Shown in pieces: positions 17,673 through 29,480 of a stretch of 64,000 nucleotides of DNA. A program made the position numbers and the translations under genes. The stretch covers positions 96,001 to 160,000 of the forward strand of contig JBBRLQ010000001.1 in NCBI GenBank assembly GCA_038231275.1, written 5' to 3'. The stretch comes from Polyangiales bacterium (lineage in GTDB: Bacteria; Myxococcota_A; Polyangia; Polyangiales; Polyangiaceae). The stretch's first letter is position 1; every line of letters starts with the position of its first letter. The notes beneath the pieces were generated by a model. The model saw only the letters and a program-made list of their open reading frames with translations. It searched no databases and was not told the origin of the DNA.

Positions 17673-19532
<1,860 letters not shown>

Positions 19533-19548
19533 GGAGCTCCTCGAAACC

Positions 19549-20139
19549 TCAGTTGGCCGCGGGGGCCTTCGGCTTTGCGACGACGACCATCGCGGCGCGC
19601 ACGAGGCGCTCGCCGCTCAGGTAACCCGGCTGCACCTCGGCCACGATGGTGCCCGGCGGATGCTCGTCCGTCTCGATCTGCTGGATGGCCTCGTGCACCT
19701 GCGGGTCGAACATCACGCCGACGGTGGTTACTTTGATCAGGTTGAGGCGAGCCAGCGTGCCCTCGAACTGCTTCAGGATCATCGAGATCCCGTCGACGAC
19801 ACCCTTCACGTCGGTCGCCTGCTTGCTCGCGACGATCGCGCGCTCGAGGTTGTCGAACGTGGGCAAGAGCTCCTTCAGCAGCTCCTCGCGGCCGGCCTTG
19901 CGCGCGTCCTCGAGCTCGCGCCGCGAGCGTTTGCGGAAGTTGTCGAAGTCCGCGGCCGTCCGCATCCACGCGTCCTTGTACTTCGACGCCTCGGTGACGG
20001 CTTTGGTGAGCGGATCCTCGGCGACGGCCGGCGTGGCCTCACCCTTCGACTCCTCGCCGGAATCGTCGGCGGCCTCGCTCACCTCTCGCTCCTCCGACCC
20101 GCTTTCCTTCGTGCCCGCGCTGTCTTCCGTCTCGCTCAA
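19549..20139 (-). CDS. grpE: Nucleotide exchange factor GrpE
   Basis: [29 protein letters not shown] and QPGY...RAAMVVV. TTG start. Confidence 0.95.
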   Translation of the reverse strand: MSETEDSAGTKESGSEEREVSEAADDSGEESKGEATPAVAEDPLTKAVTEASKYKDAWMRTAADFDNFRKRSRRELEDARKAGREELLKELLPTFDNLERAIVASKQATDVKGVVDGISMILKQFEGTLARLNLIKVTTVGVMFDPQVHEAIQQIETDEHPPGTIVAEVQPGYLSGERLVRAAMVVVAKPKAPAAN

Positions 20140-20231
20140 TGGATGGCCCTCGTCTTCGCAATATAAACCACTTTCACCGTTTGCACGGTGCTATGGAGCG
20201 AAAGGTCCCGCATGGTCTCTAGTGTGGTGGT

Positions 20232-22538
20232 ATGGCGCCGATCGAAATCGCCGAGCTGAACGCCCCGCAAGCCGAGGCCGCGGCGCATGTGCGCGGACCA
20301 CTCCTGGTCTTCGCAGGTGCGGGGTCGGGCAAGACTCGCGTCATCACCTACCGCATCGCCAACCTCGTCGCCTCCGAGCGCGTCGCGCCGTACCGAATCC
20401 TCGCCGTCACCTTCACCAACAAGGCGGCCGGCGAGATGCGCGCCCGTCTCACGAAGATCCTCGGCGAAGAGATCGCGCGAGACTTGTGGGTCGGCACCTT
20501 CCACGCGACCTGCGCGAAGCTCCTCCGCCGCTTCGGCGAGCAGGTCGGGCTCTCCAAGAATTTCGTCATCTACGACTCGTCCGACCAAAAGGCGCTCGTC
20601 ACGCGCGTCCTCCGGGAGCTCGACTACGACGAGCGCCGCTACCCGCCGCGCATGGTCCTGGGGCGCATCCACAAAGAGAAGCAAGAGGCGCGCGGGCCCG
20701 AGGAGATGAGCGTCGACTCGTACATGGATGAGGCGATCAAGAAGGTCTACGTCCGCTACGAAGAGCAGCTCCAGCAGGCGAACGCCGTCGACTTCGAGGA
20801 CCTCATCCTGAAGGTGGTGAGGCTGCTCGAGAACGAGAAGCTCGAGGCGAGCCAGGTCATCCGCCGGAGGTTCGAGCACGTCCTCGTCGACGAGTTCCAG
20901 GACACCAACGCCACCCAGTACCGCTTCCTCCGCGCGGTCTCGAAGGACCACGGCAACCTCACCGTCGTCGGCGACGACGATCAGTCGATTTACCGATGGC
21001 GCGGCGCCGACGTCCGCAACATCCGCAACTTCAAGAAGGACTGGCCCGGCGCGAAGGTCGTGAAGCTCGAGCAGAACTACCGCTCCTCCGCGAACATCGT
21101 CGCGTGCGCGCTCGGCGTCATCAAGCCTTCGCGCGAGCGCGAGCCGAAGGAGCTGTGGACGAGCAACGACGGCGGGCTCCCGGTCGAGATCGTCGCGACG
21201 CAGAATGAACGCGATGAAGCAGCGCACGTCGTCCGCTGCATCCAGGAGGCGCGCGAGGCGGGCCTCGACCTGCGCGAAATGGCCGTATTTTACCGCATCA
21301 ACGCGCAGTCGCGCGTGCTCGAAGAGGCGCTGCGGGCCGTCAACCTCCCGTACCAGGTCGTCGGCGGCATGCGCTTCTACGAGCGCGCGGAGATCAAGGA
21401 CGCGCTCGCCTACATGCGCGTGCTCGTGAACCCGCAGAGCGACGTCGATTTCCTCCGCATCGTGAACACGCCGGCGCGCGGGATCGGTCAGACGACGATC
21501 GATCGCCTCGTCGCGTTCGCCACGACGCGGAAGATCCCCGTCTTCGCCGCGCTCGACGTCCTGGACGAGGCCCCCGAGATCGGGAGCGCCGCGCAGAAGC
21601 GTTTGGCTGCCCTGCGCGACACGTTGAAGGACCTCGCCGTGCTCGCGACGTCGACGCGCCCCGCCGACCTCCTCGAGGTCGTCCTCGATCGAAGCGGCTA
21701 TACGGCGGCGTTCAAGGGCGAAGACAGCCCCGAGAGCGACGCGCGGCAAGAGAACCTCGCGGAGCTCCACGGCTCGATGATGGACTACGAGGCCGAGGGG
21801 CAGGCCGCGGGCGAGGTGCCTTCGCTGAGCGGCTTCCTCGAGCGCGTGTCGCTGCAGAGCGACGTCGATCAAATGAAGGACCAGGGCAAGGTCACGCTCA
21901 TGACCGTGCACGGCGCAAAAGGGCTCGAGTTCGAGCTCGTGCTCCTGACCGGCATGGAAGAGGAGATGTTCCCGTACCGCGGCATGGAGCCGGGCGGCCA
22001 GGAAGAGATGGAAGAGGAGCGGCGCCTCGCCTACGTCGCCGTGACGCGCGCGAAGAAGCACCTCGTCATCACGCACACCGAGACGCGGCAAATCTTCGGG
22101 ACGACGCGGTGGGGACGGCCGAGCCGGTTCTTGTCGGACCTGCCGAGCGAGTCGGTCGAGCACAAGGCCACCCGCGCCGCGGCGCCGCAGCGAAGCAGCG
22201 AGCGCTACGTCGATCGCGCGCGCGGACCGGGAATCATCGGGCCGTGGCGGCACCCGCAAGACGCGCCCGTCTCGTCGCGCGTCGCGCCGCCGCCGTCCAA
22301 CGCGATGCCTCCGCGCCTCGCGCCGGGCGAGCGCTTCGTCGATCGCGAGTTCTTCGGAGAGGAGCACGGGGCTCCGGAGAGTCAGGTCCCGCTCCGCCGC
22401 GGCGCGCGCGTCCGGCACGAGCGTTTCGGCGAAGGGGAAGTGCGACGCATCGAGACGAGCGGCGAGCCGGCGGTGGTCGCGTTCTTCCCGGGCTGGGGCG
22501 AAAAGAAGATCCTCGCGCGGTTTCTCAAGCTGGCGTAG
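20232..22538 (+). CDS. uvrD: UvrD/PcrA DNA helicase
   Basis: AGAGSGKT, TFTNKAA, VDEFQDTN, VGDDDQSIY, LEQNYRS, HGAKGLEF, EERRLAYVAVTRA and a C-terminal Tudor-like domain. Confidence 0.95.
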   Translation: MAPIEIAELNAPQAEAAAHVRGPLLVFAGAGSGKTRVITYRIANLVASERVAPYRILAVTFTNKAAGEMRARLTKILGEEIARDLWVGTFHATCAKLLRRFGEQVGLSKNFVIYDSSDQKALVTRVLRELDYDERRYPPRMVLGRIHKEKQEARGPEEMSVDSYMDEAIKKVYVRYEEQLQQANAVDFEDLILKVVRLLENEKLEASQVIRRRFEHVLVDEFQDTNATQYRFLRAVSKDHGNLTVVGDDDQSIYRWRGADVRNIRNFKKDWPGAKVVKLEQNYRSSANIVACALGVIKPSREREPKELWTSNDGGLPVEIVATQNERDEAAHVVRCIQEAREAGLDLREMAVFYRINAQSRVLEEALRAVNLPYQVVGGMRFYERAEIKDALAYMRVLVNPQSDVDFLRIVNTPARGIGQTTIDRLVAFATTRKIPVFAALDVLDEAPEIGSAAQKRLAALRDTLKDLAVLATSTRPADLLEVVLDRSGYTAAFKGEDSPESDARQENLAELHGSMMDYEAEGQAAGEVPSLSGFLERVSLQSDVDQMKDQGKVTLMTVHGAKGLEFELVLLTGMEEEMFPYRGMEPGGQEEMEEERRLAYVAVTRAKKHLVITHTETRQIFGTTRWGRPSRFLSDLPSESVEHKATRAAAPQRSSERYVDRARGPGIIGPWRHPQDAPVSSRVAPPPSNAMPPRLAPGERFVDREFFGEEHGAPESQVPLRRGARVRHERFGEGEVRRIETSGEPAVVAFFPGWGEKKILARFLKLA

Positions 22539-22547
22539 CACCGGGGC

Positions 22548-24029
22548 ATGGAGCGCCCTATCCCGGTTCGCGACCTCAGCTGGCCCACCGAAAAGGCGAA
22601 GGACCTCGGCGCGCGCGCGTTCGCGCTGTGGGGAGACTTCCTCGAAAAGCTGCCGGGCCTTCCGGTCTCGCGTCCGTGGAAGGGGCGAAACCTCGCGCGT
22701 GAGCTCGATCTGCGCGTGCCCGCCGCGCCCGCGTCGCTCGACGACGTGATGGGGACGCTGAAGAAGCTGGTCTTCGAGACGTCGATGTACCCCGGGCATC
22801 CGCGGTTCATGGCGTACATCACCGGGCCCGGCACCGTGCCCGGCGCGATCGCCGATCTCGTCGCGGCGACGCTCAACGCGAACGTCGGCGGCTATCGCCT
22901 CGCGCCCGCCGCGACGGAGACCGAGCAATTTCTCACCAAGTGGTTCGCGCGTGATCTCTTCGGCCTCCCGCAGACCGCCGGCGGGATCATGGTGTCGGGC
23001 GGCGCGATGGCGAACTTCGTCGCGCTCAAGGCTGCGCGCGACAAGACCATGGGCTACGACGTGCGCGAGCGCGGCGTCGGCGCAACGAAGGTCGCGTGGT
23101 ACGCGTCGGCGGAGGTGCACGCGGTCGTCGATCGCGCCGCCGACATGCTCGGCCTCGGCGCGGGCGTCGTCCGAAAGATCGACACCGACGCTCACGCGCG
23201 CATGGACGTCACGAAGCTGAAGAAGGCGATCGACGCCGACATCGACGCCGGCGTCCGGCCCCTCCTCGCCGTCGGCACCGCGGGCACCGTCGCCACCGGC
23301 GCCGTCGATCCGCTCGACGCCATCGCCGATGTTTGCAACTCGCGGAGCATGTGGTTCCACGTCGACGGCGCGTACGGCGCGCTCGCGGTCATGGCCCCGG
23401 AACTTCGTCCCCTCTTCCGCGGCATCGAGCGCGCCGACTCGATCGCGTTCGATCCGCACAAGTGGCTCTACACACCGCACTCGGGCGGCTGCGTCGTCGT
23501 GCGCGACTTGCAACACCTCGCCGACGCGTTCGCCGTCCACGCGACGTACGTGCACGACGACAAAGAGAGCACCGGCAACGGGATCGATCAGTCGATGCTC
23601 GGCCCGCAGTTCTCGCGCGGCTTCCAGGCGCTCAAGGTCTACCTGTCGCTCCTCGCGCACGGCAAAGACGCGTACGCGCGCCGCATCGCGCACGACTGCG
23701 CGCTCGCACGGTGGCTTGGACACGTCGTCGACCAGACCCCCGAGCTCGAGCGAATTGGCGACCCCGGTCTCTCCATCTGCTGCTTCCGTTATGTGCCGAA
23801 GGAGCTGAAAAATACGCCCGATCGTGAGGAGTACCTCGATCGCCTGAACGAACGGATCATGAACGAGCTGCAGGCCGGTGGCCGCGCGTTCTGCTCGAAC
23901 GCGGTCCTCGGCGGACGCTTCGTCCTCCGCGCTTGCATCGTGAACTACCGTACCGAGGCCGAGGACGTGGAGGCGCTCGCCGAGGCCACGGTGGAGCTGG
24001 GTCGCACGCTCCACCGCGAGGGCGCGTGA
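22548..24029 (+). CDS. Group II PLP-dependent decarboxylase
   Basis: HPRFMAYI, SGGAMAN, GTAGTVATGAVD, WFHVDGAYG and DPHKWL. Confidence 0.9.
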   Translation: MERPIPVRDLSWPTEKAKDLGARAFALWGDFLEKLPGLPVSRPWKGRNLARELDLRVPAAPASLDDVMGTLKKLVFETSMYPGHPRFMAYITGPGTVPGAIADLVAATLNANVGGYRLAPAATETEQFLTKWFARDLFGLPQTAGGIMVSGGAMANFVALKAARDKTMGYDVRERGVGATKVAWYASAEVHAVVDRAADMLGLGAGVVRKIDTDAHARMDVTKLKKAIDADIDAGVRPLLAVGTAGTVATGAVDPLDAIADVCNSRSMWFHVDGAYGALAVMAPELRPLFRGIERADSIAFDPHKWLYTPHSGGCVVVRDLQHLADAFAVHATYVHDDKESTGNGIDQSMLGPQFSRGFQALKVYLSLLAHGKDAYARRIAHDCALARWLGHVVDQTPELERIGDPGLSICCFRYVPKELKNTPDREEYLDRLNERIMNELQAGGRAFCSNAVLGGRFVLRACIVNYRTEAEDVEALAEATVELGRTLHREGA

Positions 24030-24054
24030 CCGGCTCTCCGGTCGCGACGAAGGG

Positions 24055-24930
24055 TCAGCCGCCCGGGCAGGCCTGGCCGGCGCAGGTCACGTTGTTGTTC
24101 TGGCACTTGGTGCCGCTCGCGATGCACACGTTCTGATCGCAACACCCCCCGCTGGTGCACGCTTCGCCGGCGCAGCACGCTTGGCCCGGACCGCCGCACG
24201 CTTCACACACGTCGCGACGGCCGCACCCGAGTCCGCCCCCGCAGCTCTGGCCGGGGCAGCACGGCTGGCCCGCGCCGCCGCACACCTGGCACGTCCCGTT
24301 GCCGCACGCGAGCGACGCGCCGCATCGGTCGTTGGGGCAGCACGCCTGACCCGCGCCGCCGCACGCCTGGCACGTTCCGCCCTTGCAGCCGACGCCGCCG
24401 GCCGTGCACTGATCGCCGTTGCAACACGCCTGGCCCGCGCCGCCGCAGGTGCCACAGCTGCCGCTCGCGCAGCTCGCACCGCCGGTCACGCCGGGGCACG
24501 CCGTGCCCGAGGCGATGCACACGTTGCGCACGCAGCAACCGCCACCGCCGCACGCGCCCGACGCGCAGCACGGCTGGCCGGGGCCGCCGCACGCCGCGCA
24601 CACGCCGCCGTTGCCTCCGCCGTTGCAGACGCCGCCGGTGCCGCATTGCTGTCCGGGGCAACACGCTTGCCCGAGACCGCCGCACGCTTGGCAGGTCCCA
24701 CCCGAGCACGTGCCTCCGGTGAGGCACGCCGAGCCGACGGTGCAGCAGACGCTCCCGACGGCGCCACATGCGGTCGAGCCGTCCGCGAGGCTGCCCTGAC
24801 CGCCGCCCGTGATTCCGCCGTCATCGACGCCCGTGAACACGCCGGTGCTGTTGCTCCCGCCGCACCCCCAGACGATGGCGAACGCGAAGCCGACGAAGAC
24901 CACGAACTTAAGAAGGCGAAGCGAGCTCAT
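24055..24930 (-). CDS. Cys/Gly-rich lipoprotein with seven CGGxGQxCC-type repeats
   Basis: Lipobox VWGC, AGGAGG RBS and a repeated CGG[ALP]GQ[AP]CC module. Confidence 0.85.
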   Translation of the reverse strand: MSSLRLLKFVVFVGFAFAIVWGCGGSNSTGVFTGVDDGGITGGGQGSLADGSTACGAVGSVCCTVGSACLTGGTCSGGTCQACGGLGQACCPGQQCGTGGVCNGGGNGGVCAACGGPGQPCCASGACGGGGCCVRNVCIASGTACPGVTGGASCASGSCGTCGGAGQACCNGDQCTAGGVGCKGGTCQACGGAGQACCPNDRCGASLACGNGTCQVCGGAGQPCCPGQSCGGGLGCGRRDVCEACGGPGQACCAGEACTSGGCCDQNVCIASGTKCQNNNVTCAGQACPGG

Positions 24931-25162
24931 GACGATTTCCTCCTGGTTGTCCCCGAGGATCAGTGGGGACGACCTCGCGCGACGGCGCATGAAACGATCC
25001 TGATCGTACGAAATCGCAGCGCGCGAGTCCAAAAGGAGGCGCGGGTGATGTGGTGCGACGCGCTCGGCGAACGCACAGTTTCGTACGGCTCAGGAGACGG
25101 CACGCGCAGCCCCCGCCGCCCCCTCCGCACGCCACCACCACGGCAGCAACGACGAAAACGAT

Positions 25163-25780
25163 TCAGAAACGGACCGTGTACGAGACCCACGAGCCGGTCG
25201 TGTCGGCGCCCACGCGAATCCTCTCGAGCTCCTTCGCGGCGCGCCATGTCTTGGGTGGGAGCAGGTACGGAAGGAGGGCTCCTCCAAACGCGGCGCCCGC
25301 GCTCGCGAGGATCCGGTAGTGGCGCTCGGCGAGGCTCCACTCTAGCGGCACAGGTCCGTTCAAGAACCACTCGATCATCGGCGCGCTGGTCGCCGAGAGC
25401 ATCGCGAGCGCGACGGCCACGTGCCAGGTCGTTCGTACGCCGCCTTCGGGGGGAGGGCTCTGGACGAAGCCGTCGCATTTCGGCTGCGCGAGGTAACCGC
25501 CGCCGATCGTGAAGCCCCAGGTGAGGCCGACGAGGCCGGGCCCGATCGTGCGGATGCCCGGCTGGTCGTTGTATTTGAACCAGGTGAGGTCGGCGTACTC
25601 GGCGAGCACGAACGACGCGACGCTCCCGCCCATGTAGAGCCAGTCGGTGGAGCTCGCGCGATCGCAGAGCTCTCTTTCGCGGGCTCCGCGTGGGCGCTCG
25701 TCGTTCGCCGCGTAGACGAGCGCCGGCGGATCCATCGCGTCGGCGGCGCTTGCGGGCGGCGGTGCGGGGAGAGCGTCCAC
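25163..25780 (-). CDS. Hypothetical membrane protein
   Basis: Several hydrophobic segments and C-terminal SYTVRF. GTG start preceded by TAACGT. Confidence 0.6.
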   Translation of the reverse strand: MDALPAPPPASAADAMDPPALVYAANDERPRGARERELCDRASSTDWLYMGGSVASFVLAEYADLTWFKYNDQPGIRTIGPGLVGLTWGFTIGGGYLAQPKCDGFVQSPPPEGGVRTTWHVAVALAMLSATSAPMIEWFLNGPVPLEWSLAERHYRILASAGAAFGGALLPYLLPPKTWRAAKELERIRVGADTTGSWVSYTVRF

Positions 25781-25878
25781 GGGCGGCCGACGTTAGCACG
25801 ATTTCCCGCGCAGACCCCTCGTGCGACGCCGCGCGCGGGCTCGACCACCGGCCTGCGAGGGACTAAGAAGGGTGCGCA

Positions 25879-27285
25879 ATGCAAGTCCCCGCTCACGTGT
25901 TTCGCGAGTACGACATCCGCGGCGTCGCCGAGCGCGACTTGTCGAGCGATCTGGCCCGATCGATCGGCCGCGGCTACGCGAGGATGCTGACGGACGGCGC
26001 GGCCGCGAGCGGAAAACCGCTCCGCGTGTGCGTCGGTCGCGACTGCCGCCTCTCCAGCCCGCGCCTCCACCTCGCGCTCGTCGACGGCCTCCTCCGCAGC
26101 GGCGTCCACGTCATCGACATCGGCGTCGGCCCCACGCCGATGCTGTACTTCTCGGTGCATCACACCAACGCCGACGGCGGGATCATGATCACCGGGAGCC
26201 ACAACGCCGGCGACGAGAACGGCTTCAAGATGATGCGCGGCAAGGGCAGCTTCTTCGGCGCCGACATCCAGAGCCTCCGCAAGCGCATCGAGGCAGGCGA
26301 CTTCGGCGCGGAGACCGACGGCGGCGGCGAGTCGATGGACGTGCGCGAGGCGTACCTTGCGGCGCTCACGAAAGACATCTCGCTCGCGGGCTCTGCGATG
26401 AAGGTCGTCCTCGATGCCGGCAACGGCGCGGGCGGTCCGCTCGGCGTCGCCGCGATCACGCGCGCCGGCGTCACGCCCGACGCGCTCTTCTGCGACATGG
26501 ACGGGAACTTCCCCAACCACCACCCCGATCCGACCGTCCCCAAGAACCTCGAGGCCCTCATCGCCCGCGTCCGCGAGACCGGCGCGCGGGTCGGCCTCGC
26601 GTACGACGGCGACGCCGATCGCCTCGGCGCCGTCGACGCCAACGGCGACATCGTATGGGGCGACCGCCTCATGATCCTCTTCTCGCGCGCGCTGCTGAAG
26701 AAGAGCCCGGGCGCCGCCATCCTCGGCGAGGTGAAGTGCTCGCAGACGCTCTACGACGACATCGCCAAGCACGGCGGCCGCCCCATCATGTGGAAGACCG
26801 GTCACTCGCTCATCAAGACGAAGATGAAGGAGGAGCACGCGCTCCTCGCCGGCGAGATGAGCGGACACCTCTTCTTCGCGGACCGTTACTACGGCTACGA
26901 CGACGCGCTGTATGCGTCTCTGCGCCTCCTCGAGATCCTCGCCGCCGATCCGCGCTCGATCGGGGAGATGCTCTCCGACGTGCCAGTGACGTTCGCGACG
27001 CCGGAGCTCCGCGTCGACTGCCCGGACGCGATCAAGTTCGACGTCGTGAAGGCGATCACCGAGCGGTACAAGAGCAAGGGTCTGCCGGTGGCGGACATCG
27101 ACGGCGCGCGCGTCTCCTTCGGAACGCCCGCGGCTCCGGCGTGGGGCCTCGTGCGCGCGTCGAATACCGGCCCCGTACTGGTCATGCGCTTCGAGGCGAC
27201 GACCGAGGCCGAGCGCGATCGCCTCCGCGCGGAGGTCGAGGCGGCGGTGACCGAGGAGCGTGGCAAGCTCGCGGCGCGCTCGTGA
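25879..27285 (+). CDS. Phosphomannomutase/phosphoglucomutase (AlgC-like)
   Basis: FREYDIRG, ITGSHN, FPNHHPDP, DGDADR, GEMSGH and RASNT. Confidence 0.95.
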   Translation: MQVPAHVFREYDIRGVAERDLSSDLARSIGRGYARMLTDGAAASGKPLRVCVGRDCRLSSPRLHLALVDGLLRSGVHVIDIGVGPTPMLYFSVHHTNADGGIMITGSHNAGDENGFKMMRGKGSFFGADIQSLRKRIEAGDFGAETDGGGESMDVREAYLAALTKDISLAGSAMKVVLDAGNGAGGPLGVAAITRAGVTPDALFCDMDGNFPNHHPDPTVPKNLEALIARVRETGARVGLAYDGDADRLGAVDANGDIVWGDRLMILFSRALLKKSPGAAILGEVKCSQTLYDDIAKHGGRPIMWKTGHSLIKTKMKEEHALLAGEMSGHLFFADRYYGYDDALYASLRLLEILAADPRSIGEMLSDVPVTFATPELRVDCPDAIKFDVVKAITERYKSKGLPVADIDGARVSFGTPAAPAWGLVRASNTGPVLVMRFEATTEAERDRLRAEVEAAVTEERGKLAARS

Positions 27286-28157
27286 CGGCGACCTCCGCGG
27301 ACAAGACGTGGACGATCGAGTCGCTCGTCAAATGGGCGACTGACGACTTTCGCGCGCGCGGCATCGAGAGCCCGCGCCTCGACGCCGAGGTGCTGGTGGC
27401 GTGGGCGCTGGGGATCGATCGCATCCGCATCATCATCGACGGCAAGCGTCCCCTGATGGGCGACGAGCTCGCGCGCCTGCGGGATCTGATCAAGCGACGA
27501 CGCGCGCGCGAGCCGATCGCGTACTTGCGCGGCGAACGGGAATTTTACGGGCGCCGCTTCGCCGTCGACAAGAGGGTGCTGGTGCCGCGACCCGACACCG
27601 AGACGCTGGTAGACGTCGCGATCGCGCGAACTTCCCACGTGTCGATGAGCATGCGCGGCCTCGATCTGTGCACGGGCTCCGGCTGCGTCGCGATCACGCT
27701 GGCGCGCTTGCGCCCGACGGTGCGAATTCATGCGACCGACGTGAGCGCCGACGCGCTCTCGGTCGCGCGCGCCAACGCGCTGCGGCTCGGCGCGTACAAC
27801 GTGAGCTTCTCGGAGGGCGATCTCTTCGACGCGCGCATCCCGTGGCCGAAGGTCGAGCTCGTCACCGCCAACCCGCCGTACATCGCGACGGCGGAGCTGG
27901 GCACGCTGATGCCGGACGTGCGCGACTTCGAGCCGCGCCTGGCGCTCGACGGTGGATCCGATGGACTCGCGCTCGTGCGGCGCATCGTGGAGGCGGCGCC
28001 GCGAGCTCTCGTGGCGGGCGGCGTGCTGGCGCTCGAGATCGGCGCGGGCGAGGCGGCGGCGACGACGGCGCTCTTCGAGGCGCGCGGCTTCCGGGAGATC
28101 ACGACGACGCGCGACTACGGCAAGATCGAGCGCGTGGTGTCGGGCCTCTGGACCTGA
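27282..28157 (+). CDS. prmC: Release factor glutamine methyltransferase
   Basis: EPIAYLRG, VLVPRPDTE, DLCTGSGC, NPPY and ALDGGSDGL. GTGA overlap with the PMM stop. Confidence 0.95.
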   Translation: MTATSADKTWTIESLVKWATDDFRARGIESPRLDAEVLVAWALGIDRIRIIIDGKRPLMGDELARLRDLIKRRRAREPIAYLRGEREFYGRRFAVDKRVLVPRPDTETLVDVAIARTSHVSMSMRGLDLCTGSGCVAITLARLRPTVRIHATDVSADALSVARANALRLGAYNVSFSEGDLFDARIPWPKVELVTANPPYIATAELGTLMPDVRDFEPRLALDGGSDGLALVRRIVEAAPRALVAGGVLALEIGAGEAAATTALFEARGFREITTTRDYGKIERVVSGLWT

Positions 28158-28250
28158 CGAGACCTGACGTAGCCGTCTCCGATTGCGTGTGCGAAGCGCA
28201 CGCTCGCGCTGGCGGAACGCGCGGCGGAGGGGCATCATCCAACGTTCCAC

Positions 28251-29474
28251 GTGCACGTAGGCCGCATTTTCGGGTTCATCCTCTTCCTATTGCCGGTGCT
28301 GGCGGCGAGCGGGGCGGCCCATTGGCTGATCGCGACGTGGGCGATGCGCTCGTTCCCGCGCCTCGCGCGTCACCGCCGGAAGGCGAAGATCGTCGTCGCG
28401 GTGCTGGTCGTCGCGAGCCCGCTCCTCCGCGCCCTCGCCCGCCGCGCGCACAGCTCCATCGTCGCCGAGCTGGTGTCGGTCATGATGGTGGAGGCGATGT
28501 TCGTGGTCATGTCGCTGCCGCTCTTGCTCGCGGCGATGGCGATCGCACGGCTCGCGACGAGACCGACGGCCAAGGCCTCGGACGGCGACGCGAAGGAAGA
28601 CCCGAAGGACGAGGCTGCAGTGACCACCGCATCCACGGCGCTCGGACGGCGAGAGGTGCTCGAGCGTGCGGGCGGCCTGCTGGCCCTCGGCGCGACCGGA
28701 TCGGTGCTCGGTTGGGGCATCGTGCGCGGGCGTCACGCGTTCCAGATCGACGAGCTCGTCGTCAAAATCCCCGGCCTCCCGCGCGCGCTCGACGGCTACG
28801 TCATCGCGCAGGTGAGCGATCTCCACGCCGGCGTCCACGTGAGCGAGCGTGACCTGATGGAAGGCCTCGATCGCGTCGCCGAGGTGAAGCCCGACCTCAT
28901 CGTCGCGACCGGCGATCTCGTCGACTTCGATCCGCACTACGCGCCGATGCTCGCGCGCGCACTCGCGAGCTTGCGGGCGCGCGACGGCGTCTTCGCCATT
29001 CTCGGCAATCACGACTACTACGCCGGCGCCGACGAGGTGGTCGCCACCCTCCGCAAGACCAGCACCGAGATTCTCATCAACCGCGGGCGCGTCATTCGCC
29101 CCGATGACGGCGGCGGCTTCGCGCTCCTCGGCCTCGACGACATGTGGGCGTACCGCTCCGGCGGGGTCGGGCCCGACCTCGACGCCGCCATCGCGACGGT
29201 GCCCGCCGATCGCCCGCGCATCCTCCTCGCGCACCAGCCGAACTACATCCGGCACTCCGCCGGTCGCGTCGCCCTCCAGCTCTCGGGCCACACGCACGGC
29301 GGGCAGATCAACCCCGGCTTCACGCCGGCCAAGCTCTTCATGCCGTTCGTGGCGGGGCGCTACGACGTGGAAAAGACCGTGCTGTACGTCAATCGAGGCT
29401 TCGGGGTCGTCGGGCCGCCCGCGCGCGTCGGCGCTCCTCCCGAGGTGACGAAGGTCGTGCTCGTCGCGGCCTGA
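28251..29474 (+). CDS. Membrane-anchored metallophosphoesterase
   Basis: SDLH, TGDLVD, LGNHDYY, LLAHQP and SGHTHGGQ, with N-terminal TM helices. Confidence 0.9.
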   Translation: MHVGRIFGFILFLLPVLAASGAAHWLIATWAMRSFPRLARHRRKAKIVVAVLVVASPLLRALARRAHSSIVAELVSVMMVEAMFVVMSLPLLLAAMAIARLATRPTAKASDGDAKEDPKDEAAVTTASTALGRREVLERAGGLLALGATGSVLGWGIVRGRHAFQIDELVVKIPGLPRALDGYVIAQVSDLHAGVHVSERDLMEGLDRVAEVKPDLIVATGDLVDFDPHYAPMLARALASLRARDGVFAILGNHDYYAGADEVVATLRKTSTEILINRGRVIRPDDGGGFALLGLDDMWAYRSGGVGPDLDAAIATVPADRPRILLAHQPNYIRHSAGRVALQLSGHTHGGQINPGFTPAKLFMPFVAGRYDVEKTVLYVNRGFGVVGPPARVGAPPEVTKVVLVAA

Positions 29475-29480
29475 TATACG

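Noticed and set aside
28151-28169. Direct repeat GACCTGACG x2 at the prmC stop
   Set aside because: It is too short to support a target-site duplication or operator, and no mobile element is adjacent.
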